Source: Opitutaceae bacterium (GTDB taxonomy: Bacteria > Verrucomicrobiota > Verrucomicrobiia > Opitutales > Opitutaceae). Taken from it: 56,042 nt of DNA. The notes under the pieces were generated by a model, which did no database searches, had not been told where the DNA came from, and saw only the letters and a program-made list of their open reading frames with translations. The position numbers and the translations under genes were made by a program. The stretch lies in contig DATJPQ010000254.1 of the NCBI GenBank assembly GCA_035506315.1, positions 1 to 56,042 on the forward strand, written 5' to 3'. Position 1 is the first letter of the stretch. Each line of letters begins with the position of its first letter. Of the stretch, positions 19,424-27,808 are shown in pieces.

Positions 19424-20353
19424 CTACGGTGTCCCGGGCGCGGTGGCCTCAAGGTAGATGGTGCTGGCGCAGCGGCCGGCGGCGTCGCCCCGCAGGTAGG
19501 GCGTGAGCTGTTCGAGTTCGGCCAGGCTGGCGTTCTGGTCTCCCACCCAAACCTGACTGACGTAGCCGTGGTCGGGGGTCGCCAGCGCGACGCCCTCATG
19601 GGGGCCGGGCTGCATCGAGAGCTTCCAACCGCCGGGGCGTTCGATGACGAGGGCCTGCGACACGAAGCCCAGCTTGGCGACCTTGACCCCGGCCCGGACC
19701 GTGGCGCGATCGCCGTCGACCTTGATCGCCGGATGCGGCAGGGTCAGCGGCGATGGCGGATCGACCATCTGCGCCGCCACCATCCCGACCGGCGCGTCCG
19801 CCACTGGGACGAGGCGCACCGTCACCGTGAAGGGCACATCCACCGCCACCACGTGCAGGCCGAAGCAAGGGCGGCCGTCGTCCAGCCAGCGGGCGGTGCA
19901 CCGCAGACGCACGCCGTCCCACTCGTACTCGCGCGAGATGGCCGGATACGCCGGATCGATCCGTGGTTGCCGCAATATGAGCACGGCGCCCCGCGTTTCG
20001 CTGCCGGCCGCGGCGCTGTGCTCCCACTCCATGGGCGGGGGCCAGACCCAGCGCGTCTGCGGTCCGAGCCAGAAACGATGCCCACCCCAATTGGGCGAAT
20101 CGCTCCGGTTCGCCGGCGCGGCCGCGGGCACTGGAGCGTTGAGCAGGTTCTGCGAGCCATCGGCGGCCCCGAGATAAATAAGTCGCGAGCGCGCCTCGGA
20201 CACCACGGCGCGCACGGCGCCCCGGGTCGAAGCCCAGGCCGGCTCGCCCTGCCACGTGGTTTTCTCCCACGAACTTTCGGCGCGGGATGTTGGGAGAGTG
20301 GTCATCAGGAGGGAAACGGCAGCCAGCCGGGAGAGCCAAGAGGAAGCAACCAT
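19424..20353 (-). CDS. Exported hypothetical protein (~309 aa), possibly a mutarotase-like/DUF-type PUL accessory protein
   Basis: Signal peptide MVASSWLSRLAAVSLLMTTLPTSRAES from ATG 20353. It is coding-like and co-oriented with GH94-B/A. The function guess rests only on a vague resemblance (NWGGHRFWLGPQ). Confidence 0.5.
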   Translation of the reverse strand: MVASSWLSRLAAVSLLMTTLPTSRAESSWEKTTWQGEPAWASTRGAVRAVVSEARSRLIYLGAADGSQNLLNAPVPAAAPANRSDSPNWGGHRFWLGPQTRWVWPPPMEWEHSAAAGSETRGAVLILRQPRIDPAYPAISREYEWDGVRLRCTARWLDDGRPCFGLHVVAVDVPFTVTVRLVPVADAPVGMVAAQMVDPPSPLTLPHPAIKVDGDRATVRAGVKVAKLGFVSQALVIERPGGWKLSMQPGPHEGVALATPDHGYVSQVWVGDQNASLAELEQLTPYLRGDAAGRCASTIYLEATAPGTP

Positions 20354-20565
20354 CGGGAAAGTTGGCGATTTAAGGTTAAATCGTCTTCCCTTGAAAGCCA
20401 AAAAATGCATTGTTTGTCGAATTCGTTGATTCCTGTGAGCGCCACCCGCCATAGTCCCCGCCTGCCTTTTCCCGCCTGCCCCGCGTCGTCTTCCCGGCCT
20501 GGCCGGTGCCGCGGCGGTTTCGTCGCCGGCTGGATTTGTTTCGCGCTGACGGATAAATCACGAGA

Positions 20566-23385
20566 ATGACCTCAATTATGACTCGAAATCTACCCGCGTT
20601 TTTCTGCGCCTTGCTGCTCGTCGCACCCTGGCAGCGTGCGCTCTCCCAGGTCGAGCCGCTGGCCGATGGCGTGATCATTGCGCACGACGGTGGCTGGCTG
20701 AAGGTCACGGTGGCCGGCGAACGCATTTTGCGTGTCTCGGCGGCGAAGGACCGCGCGTTTTTCGCCCGGACGAGCCTGATCGTCCTGCCCCAGACCGCGG
20801 CCATGCCCGGCTGGCAACTCACGCGGGACCCGGCCAGTGTCACGGTCACGACGGCGCAGTTGAGCGCCCGGATCGATCTCCAGACCGGGGCGATCGCGTT
20901 TCTCGATGCGCACGGCCAACGCCTCCTCGCCGAGCGACCGGGCGGCCGCGCGCTGACTGCGGCGGAGGTGCAGGGCGAGCAGACCTTCCACGTGCGCCAG
21001 CAATGGGAGCCGGCGCAGGGCGAGGCGCTCTACGGCCTCGGGCAAAGGCAGCTCGGCATCCTCGATCTCAAGGGCTACGACCTCGACCTGTGGCAGCACA
21101 ACACGCACGTCGTGGTGCCCTTTCTCGTGTCGAGCCGCGGCTACGGCATTTTGTGGGACAATAATTCCTTCACCCGCTTCGGCGACCTGCGCGAGTTTGC
21201 GCCGATTCCCGCCGCGTGCCTGCGCGACGCGAACGGCAGGCCCGGCGGCCTGACGACGGGCACGTTCACCGCCGACGCGCCGGACACCCTGCGCGATCCC
21301 CACACGTCGGCGGGGGTGACTTTTGACGCGCCAGAGCGACAAGGAAAAGGCGGTGGACCATACCCGGGCACGCGTTGGGTGGGCGAACTCGTCCCGACCG
21401 CAACCGGCGAGCATCAACTTCAAACCTATTCCGACGGCGGCATCAAGGTGTGGCTCGATGGCCGGCTCGTGATCGATCGCTGGCGGCAGGACTGGCTCGC
21501 CGATCAGGACCAGATAAAAGTCCGCCTCGAGGCCGGGCATCGTTACCCGATCAAGATCGAATCCGGCGGCGACCAGACGACGACGATGCAGCTACGCTGG
21601 AAAACTCCGCCGCCCGACGACGGCACGTCGCTCTGGTCCGAGGTCGGCGAAGGGACCGACTACTATTTCGTCTACGGTCCGGCGCTCGATGCGGTGGTGT
21701 CCGGCTACCGCCAGCTCACAGGCCGCGCGACGCTGATGCCGCGCTGGGCGCTGGGATTATGGCAGTCGCGCCAGCGCTACCAGACCGCGCAGGAATCGCT
21801 CGACGTCGTGGCGGAGTACCGCCGCCGCGGGCTGCCCTTCGACAACATCGTGCAGGACTGGCAATACTGGCCGCAGGACCAGTGGGGTTCGCATGCCTTC
21901 GACCCGGAGCGTTTCCCGGATCCCGACGCCTGGCTCCGGGCGTTGCACGGACAGCACACGCACGTGATGATTTCCGTGTGGGGCAAATTCTATCCCGGTA
22001 CGGCGAACTTCGAGGCGATGCAGCGTGCGGGTTACCTCTACCGGCCCGATCTCGACGAAGGCGTGCGCGACTGGATCGGCTATCCCTACACCTTCTACGA
22101 CGCGTTCAACGCCGGGGCGCGCCAGCTTTTCTGGGCGCAAATCAACTCCGCCCTGTTCCGCCGCGGCATCGATGCGTGGTGGATGGACGCGACCGAACCC
22201 GACGTCGTGAGTTCGCCGGCCACGCTGGAACGCATGCGCACACACATGCATCCGACCGCGCTCGGCACGGCGTCAAGCGTGCTCAATGCCTCCGCGCTCC
22301 TGAACAGCCGCGGGGTCTACGAGGGCCAGCGCGCAGCCGCACCCGACCAGCGCGTCTTCATCCTCACGCGTTCGGGCTTCGCGGGCATCCAGCGCTACGC
22401 CACGGCGACGTGGTCGGGCGACGTGACCTCGACCTGGACCGCGTTCGCGCGGCAAATTCCCGCCGGGCTCGGCTTCAGTCTCTCCGGCGTGCCGTGGTGG
22501 ACGACGGACAGCGGCGGTTACACGATGCCGGCGAAGTTTTCCGCCAAGCAGCCGACGCCCGCGGCGCTGGACGAATGGCGCGAGCTCAATGCGCGCTGGT
22601 TCCAATTCGCCACCTTCTGCCCGCTCACGCGCCTGCACGGCGAGTTGCAGCCGCGCGAGCCGTGGACCTTCGGCAGCGACGAGCATCCCGCGTATCGGAC
22701 GATCGCCAAATTCGACCGGTTGCGTTACCGGCTGCTGCCTTATCTCTATGCGATCGCGGGCGCGGCGACGCACGAGGACGGCACGATGATGCGGCCGCTC
22801 GTGATGGATTTCCCCGGGGATGGGACTGCGCGCGAGCTGACGGACGAATATATGTACGGACCGGCCTTTCTCGTCGCGCCGGTCACCACCTACCAGGCGC
22901 GCAGCCGCCCGGTCTACCTGCCGGCCACGCGCGGCGGCTGGTTCGATTTCTGGACCGGTGCGGCGGTGACCGGCGGGCGACAAATCGAAGCCCCGGCGCC
23001 CTACGACACACTGCCGCTCCACGTCCGCGCCGGTTCCATCGTGCCCGTCGGGCCCGACCTGCAATACACCGACGAGAAGCCGGCGGATCCGATCACGCTC
23101 TATGTCTATGCCGGCGCCGATGGCGCCTTCACCCTCTACGAGGATGACGGCGTGAGCTATGGGTACGAGCGTGGCCAGTGCGCACGCATACCTTTGCGCT
23201 GGGATGAGGCGAAGCGCGAGCTGACGATCGATCGCCGATCCGGATCGTTCCCGGGCATGCTCGCCGGGCGCACGTTCGAGGTGGTGCTGGTCGCGCCCGG
23301 CCGGTCCGTCGGGTTTTCCTGCTCTCCCAAAGCGGATCGCAGTGTCCTTTACCGCGGCGAACCAGTGACCCTCTCGTTCCGGTGA
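20566..23385 (+). CDS. GH31 alpha-xylosidase-like enzyme with inserted PA14 domain, exported
   Basis: Signal peptide MTSIMTRNLPAFFCALLLVAPWQRALSQ. PA14-like insert (GTFTADAP...GEHQLQTYSDGGIKVWLDGRLVIDRW...YPIKIESGGDQ). GH31 motifs IDAWWMDATEPD and ATWSGDVTSTW. The architecture matches described xyloglucan-oligosaccharide alpha-xylosidases. Confidence 0.8.
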   Translation: MTSIMTRNLPAFFCALLLVAPWQRALSQVEPLADGVIIAHDGGWLKVTVAGERILRVSAAKDRAFFARTSLIVLPQTAAMPGWQLTRDPASVTVTTAQLSARIDLQTGAIAFLDAHGQRLLAERPGGRALTAAEVQGEQTFHVRQQWEPAQGEALYGLGQRQLGILDLKGYDLDLWQHNTHVVVPFLVSSRGYGILWDNNSFTRFGDLREFAPIPAACLRDANGRPGGLTTGTFTADAPDTLRDPHTSAGVTFDAPERQGKGGGPYPGTRWVGELVPTATGEHQLQTYSDGGIKVWLDGRLVIDRWRQDWLADQDQIKVRLEAGHRYPIKIESGGDQTTTMQLRWKTPPPDDGTSLWSEVGEGTDYYFVYGPALDAVVSGYRQLTGRATLMPRWALGLWQSRQRYQTAQESLDVVAEYRRRGLPFDNIVQDWQYWPQDQWGSHAFDPERFPDPDAWLRALHGQHTHVMISVWGKFYPGTANFEAMQRAGYLYRPDLDEGVRDWIGYPYTFYDAFNAGARQLFWAQINSALFRRGIDAWWMDATEPDVVSSPATLERMRTHMHPTALGTASSVLNASALLNSRGVYEGQRAAAPDQRVFILTRSGFAGIQRYATATWSGDVTSTWTAFARQIPAGLGFSLSGVPWWTTDSGGYTMPAKFSAKQPTPAALDEWRELNARWFQFATFCPLTRLHGELQPREPWTFGSDEHPAYRTIAKFDRLRYRLLPYLYAIAGAATHEDGTMMRPLVMDFPGDGTARELTDEYMYGPAFLVAPVTTYQARSRPVYLPATRGGWFDFWTGAAVTGGRQIEAPAPYDTLPLHVRAGSIVPVGPDLQYTDEKPADPITLYVYAGADGAFTLYEDDGVSYGYERGQCARIPLRWDEAKRELTIDRRSGSFPGMLAGRTFEVVLVAPGRSVGFSCSPKADRSVLYRGEPVTLSFR

Positions 23386-25574
23386 GAACTTTAAACTTCC
23401 CCCTCCTCGCGCTCGCGCTTTTCGGCCTGGCGACGGTCTTGCCGGCGGCCACCCCGCCTGTGGCCTCCGCCACGCCGCGCCCTGTCTATCTCGATGCGGC
23501 GGCGCCGCTCGAATCGCGCGTCGAAGACCTGCTCGGCCGGCTCACGCTCGAGGAAAAGATCTCGCTGGTGCACGGCGATTCGAAGTTTACCACCGCCGCG
23601 ATCCCGCGCCTGGGCCTGCCGCGGCGCTGGTTCTCCGACGGCCCGCACGGGGTGCGCGAGGATACGCTGCCCGATTCGTTCCAGCCCGCCGGCCACACCG
23701 ACGATTTCGCCACCTGCCTGCCGATCCTGCTGGCGCTCGCCGCCACCTGGAACCCCGACGCCGCCCGGGCCTATGGCGACGTCATCGGCGAGGAAGCCCG
23801 CCAGCGCGGCAAGGATGTCATGCTCGGGCCCGGCGTGAACATTGCACGCACCCCGCTCGGCGGCCGCACCTCCGAGTTCCTCGGCGAAGACCCGTACCTC
23901 GCGGCCCGTCTCGCCGTCAGCTACGTCCGCGCCGTGCAATCGCACGATGTCGCCGCCTGCGTGAAGCATTTCGCCGCCAACAACCAGGAAACCCGGCGTA
24001 TGTCGGTCGACGTCGAGATGGACGAGCGGACCCTGCGCGAAATCTACCTGCCGGCGTTCCGCGCCGCCGTGCAGGAGGGCGGCGCCTGGGCTGTCATGGG
24101 CGCGTACAATAAATTCCGCGGCCAGTTCTGCTGCCACAACGACTACCTGTTGAACCGCGTGCTCAAGGGCGAGTGGGGTTTCCGGGGGATCGTCGTCTCC
24201 GACTGGAACGGGACGCACGACACCCGTGAAGCCGTGCGCAACGGCCTCGACGTCGAGATGGGCACCACCCAACCGTATGACGACTACTATCTCGCGCGCC
24301 CCTTCCGTGAAGGGCTGCAAAAAGGCGGGTTTCCGTCCGCCGTCCTCGACGACAAGGTCCGGCGCAGCCTGCGCGTGATGTTGGCCACGCATGTGCTCGA
24401 CGCGGGCCGCGCCCCCGGCTCGATCAACACGGTGGCGCACCAGACCGCGGCCCGGCGCATCGCCGAGGAGGCGATCGTGCTCCTGAAGAACGACCGCGCC
24501 GCGCTCCCGCTCGACCCGGCAAAACTCGCCTCCATCGCCGTCATCGGTGAAAACGCCACACGGCTCCACGCCTACGGTGGCGACAGCGCGAAGATCAAGG
24601 CGCTGTATGAAGTCAGCCCGCTCGACGGCATCCTGCGCCGCATCGGCGACCGCGTGACCGTCACCTACTCGCCCGGCTACCGCAGCAAGGACGCCGCCCC
24701 CGATCTCGTCGAACGGGCCGTCGCCGCGGCGCGCGCCGCCGATGTGGCCATCGTGATCGGAGGACTGATTCATCGGAAGCCGTTCGATTGCGAGGGCGCC
24801 GATCGCAGCGATATGAAGCTGCCCTTCGGGCAGGACGAGCTGATCCGGCGCGTGGTCGCCGCCAATCCGCATACCATCGTCGTCCTCGTCTCCGGTTCTC
24901 CGGTGGAGATGGACGCCGCGTGGCTCGCGTCCGTGCCGGCCGTGGTCGAGGCCTGGTACGGCGGCTCCGAGGCCGGCAACGCCCTCGCCCGGGTGCTCTT
25001 TGGCGATGTCAACCCGTCGGGCAAGCTGCCCTGCACCTTTCCCCGGCGGCTGGCGGACTCGCCGGCGCACGCGCTCGGCGCCTATCCGGGCCGCGACGGC
25101 TTGGTACGTTACGAGGAGGGTCTGCTGGTCGGCTATCGCTGGTTCGACACGAAAAAAATCGAGCCGCTGTTTCCCTTCGGCCATGGATTGAGCTACACGC
25201 ACTTCGAGTATTCCGCGTTGAAAATCGTGCCCGGCTCCGGCGGAGACGGACCGGTTGCCACGGTCGAGTTCGAGATCGCCAACACCGGCGCACGCGAAGG
25301 CGCCGAGGTGGCGCAGGTCTACGTGCACGAGAACGCCGCAAGCGTCCCGCGGCCGGTGCAGGAGCTGAAGGCATTTCGCAAAGTGTCGCTGCAGCCCGGC
25401 GAGAAACAAACGGTGTCGCTTCCGCTCGGGCAGGAGGCTTTCGCCTACTACGATCCGGCCCGGCAGGGCTGGGTGGCCGCAGCGGGCGAGTTTACGATTC
25501 ATGTCGGCAGTTCGTCGCGGGACGTGCGCCTCACCGGCGGATTTAAACTCGCCGCGACGAGCTTCGCCCCATGA
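23382..25574 (+). CDS. GH3 beta-glucosidase, exported
   Basis: Signal peptide (M)RTLNFPLLALALFGLATVLPAA. Motifs KHFAANNQETRR and GFRGIVVSDW (nucleophile Asp). The GTG start overlaps the GH31 stop (GTGA at 23382-23385). Confidence 0.85.
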   Translation: MRTLNFPLLALALFGLATVLPAATPPVASATPRPVYLDAAAPLESRVEDLLGRLTLEEKISLVHGDSKFTTAAIPRLGLPRRWFSDGPHGVREDTLPDSFQPAGHTDDFATCLPILLALAATWNPDAARAYGDVIGEEARQRGKDVMLGPGVNIARTPLGGRTSEFLGEDPYLAARLAVSYVRAVQSHDVAACVKHFAANNQETRRMSVDVEMDERTLREIYLPAFRAAVQEGGAWAVMGAYNKFRGQFCCHNDYLLNRVLKGEWGFRGIVVSDWNGTHDTREAVRNGLDVEMGTTQPYDDYYLARPFREGLQKGGFPSAVLDDKVRRSLRVMLATHVLDAGRAPGSINTVAHQTAARRIAEEAIVLLKNDRAALPLDPAKLASIAVIGENATRLHAYGGDSAKIKALYEVSPLDGILRRIGDRVTVTYSPGYRSKDAAPDLVERAVAAARAADVAIVIGGLIHRKPFDCEGADRSDMKLPFGQDELIRRVVAANPHTIVVLVSGSPVEMDAAWLASVPAVVEAWYGGSEAGNALARVLFGDVNPSGKLPCTFPRRLADSPAHALGAYPGRDGLVRYEEGLLVGYRWFDTKKIEPLFPFGHGLSYTHFEYSALKIVPGSGGDGPVATVEFEIANTGAREGAEVAQVYVHENAASVPRPVQELKAFRKVSLQPGEKQTVSLPLGQEAFAYYDPARQGWVAAAGEFTIHVGSSSRDVRLTGGFKLAATSFAP

Positions 25575-25644
25575 ACGCCACCCGACACTGGGCGCGCGCA
25601 TCCGCCTCTGGCCGGCCTTCTCCTATTCACCTCCACTTACTCCC

Positions 25645-27597
25645 ATGAACAAACGAATCTGCGGCACCCTGTCCCTTGCGGCGTTGGCGTTGCTCACCAG
25701 CCTGGCCCGGGCCCAAACACCGGCCCCCGCCCCCGCGAACCCGCCGGGTCAATATCGAAACTTCGTCGTGGCGGTCTACGTGCCCGTCGGCGTCGTGCGC
25801 AACCTCGCCGATCCCGACCGGCTCAACCACGAGTGGGAGCAGATCAGCCGCGGGATGAAGGTCGACAAGGTCTACATCGAAACCGAGCGCGACCGCGTCG
25901 TCGCGGACGAGTCCCTGCTCGAAACGTTGAAGGACTTCTTCACCCGGCGCGGCGTGCGCGTCGCCGGCGGCATCACGTTTTCCGACAACAACAGCGGGCA
26001 GTTCCGTTCCTTTTGCTACACCGATCCGGCGGACCGCGCGTTCGTCAAGCAGGTTTCCGAGCTGACGGCGCGGCATTTCGACGAGATCATCCTCGACGAT
26101 TTCTTCTTCGTCACGACGAAGTACCCCTCCGACATCGCGGCGAAGGGCGAACGGAGCTGGACCCAGTTTCGCCTCGACCTGATGAACGGCGTTGGCCGCG
26201 ATCTGGTCGTCCAGGCGGCGAAAGCGGTGAACCCGCGCGCCCGGGTGACCATCAAATATCCCAACTGGTATGAGCACTTCGCCGGCTCCGGCTTCGATCT
26301 CGACCAGGGGCCGAAAATCTTCGACGGCATCTACACGGGCACGGAGACCCGCGATCCGAACATCACCGACCAGTTTCTCCAGCAATACGAGAGCTACCAG
26401 ATCGTCCGCTATTTCGAGAACATCGCCCCCGGGCGCAATGGCGGCGGCTGGATAGACACGTACAGCCTCCGCTATGTCGACCGCTACGCCGAGCAACTCT
26501 GGGATACGATGTTCGCCAAGGCGCGCGAGATGACGCTGTTTAACTGGGCCGCGCTGCTGTGGCCGGCCCGTCCCGGAGAGCGCACCGTCTGGCAGGCGCG
26601 GCCGACGAGCTTCAACTACGACCGGATGCTCCAGTCCCACCAGTCGGGCCCGGCAGCGGCGGGCGCGCCGCCGGCGACGATGGCACGAGTCGCGGGCTAT
26701 GCGCTCGAGCAGGTCGACGGATTCCTCGGCCAGCTCGGGAAGCCGATCGGCATCAAAAGCTACCGGCCGCCGCACGCGACCGGCGAAGATTTCCTCCACA
26801 ACTATCTCGGCATGATCGGAATTCCGATCGACCTTTACCCGACGTTTCCCGCCGACGCCAACGTGGTGCTCCTGACCGAAGCGGCGAAGTTCGATCCCGA
26901 CATTGTCGCACGCATCAAGCAGCAATTGCTCGCCGGGAAATCCGTGGTCGTCACCGACGGCCTGTTCCGCGCGCTGCAGGGCCGCGGCATCGAAGACGTC
27001 GTCGAGCTCCAAAACACCGGACGACATGTGCTGGCGGACGGCTATTCCGCCGGCTACGGTTCCGGCAATCGCAACGCCCTCGGCAACGCGACCACCGGCG
27101 CGCCGCCGATCCTGTTTCCCCAAATCGGTTTCAACACGAACGACGCCTGGGCGCTGGTCAGCGCCATGTCGGACGGCGTGGGCTTTCCGCTCCTGCTCAT
27201 GGATCGCTACGGCAAAGACGGGGCGTTCTACGTGTGGGTGATACCGGAGAATTTCCACCAGCTCTACCACCTGCCCCCGCCGGTCACGACCGCGATCAAG
27301 AACGTCGTGATGAAAGGCTTTCCGATCCGCCTCGACGGACCCAGCCAAGTTGCCCTGTTCGCCTATGACAACCGCACCTTCATCGTCGAGTCGTTCCTGC
27401 CGGAGGAGACCGCCGTGACCGTCGCCGTGCTCGGCCAGGCGACGAAGCTGCGCGATCTCGTTTCCGGCGAAATCCTCAACCGTCAGCCGCCATCCGCCGA
27501 AATGCCGGGCCGCCGGCCGGCAACCGAGGAAGAACGGGTGTCGTTCGACGTCAAGGTGCAGCCCCACAGCTATCGGGTTTTCGCCGTCGAGCCATGA
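25645..27597 (+). CDS. Exported hypothetical protein (650 aa), candidate uncharacterised glycoside hydrolase-like protein
   Basis: Signal peptide MNKRICGTLSLAALALLTSLARAQ from ATG 25645. It is co-directional and 70 nt downstream of GH3. Alternating beta/alpha-like pattern in residues ~35-330, then a GH42-middle-domain-like segment (NVVLLTEAAKFDPDIVARIKQQLLAGKSVVVTDG), then a C-terminal beta-rich tail. No family motif recognised. Confidence 0.6.
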   Translation: MNKRICGTLSLAALALLTSLARAQTPAPAPANPPGQYRNFVVAVYVPVGVVRNLADPDRLNHEWEQISRGMKVDKVYIETERDRVVADESLLETLKDFFTRRGVRVAGGITFSDNNSGQFRSFCYTDPADRAFVKQVSELTARHFDEIILDDFFFVTTKYPSDIAAKGERSWTQFRLDLMNGVGRDLVVQAAKAVNPRARVTIKYPNWYEHFAGSGFDLDQGPKIFDGIYTGTETRDPNITDQFLQQYESYQIVRYFENIAPGRNGGGWIDTYSLRYVDRYAEQLWDTMFAKAREMTLFNWAALLWPARPGERTVWQARPTSFNYDRMLQSHQSGPAAAGAPPATMARVAGYALEQVDGFLGQLGKPIGIKSYRPPHATGEDFLHNYLGMIGIPIDLYPTFPADANVVLLTEAAKFDPDIVARIKQQLLAGKSVVVTDGLFRALQGRGIEDVVELQNTGRHVLADGYSAGYGSGNRNALGNATTGAPPILFPQIGFNTNDAWALVSAMSDGVGFPLLLMDRYGKDGAFYVWVIPENFHQLYHLPPPVTTAIKNVVMKGFPIRLDGPSQVALFAYDNRTFIVESFLPEETAVTVAVLGQATKLRDLVSGEILNRQPPSAEMPGRRPATEEERVSFDVKVQPHSYRVFAVEP

Positions 27598-27808
27598 CCC
27601 GGCTTCGCCGGGAAATCCGAATCTCGAAATCCGATATCCGAAACAACTGGTGAAAAATCAAAACCGCCGAAAAAGAAAACAGGCCTTCTGAGCGTTTGAA
27701 TATTTCCGCATTCGGATTTCGAACTTGTTTCGGATTTCGAGTTTCGGATTTCGGATTTAAGCGATCTTGCGCGGGAATCCCCCGATAACTGATTAACACG
27801 ATAAATTT
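27598..27808 (+). promoter_or_regulatory. Conserved ~210-nt structured leader / intercistronic inverted-repeat element upstream of GH94-C
   Basis: It starts directly after the TGA at 27595-27597 with the hairpin cccggcttcgccggg (27598-27612). Left arm gggaaatccgaatctcgaaatccgatatccgaaacaa (27610-27646), variable ~65-nt centre, right arm ttcggatttcgaacttgtttcggatttcgagtttcggatttcggattt (27711-27758). Then GGGAATCCCC and ctgattaacacgataaatttATG. Confidence 0.6.
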
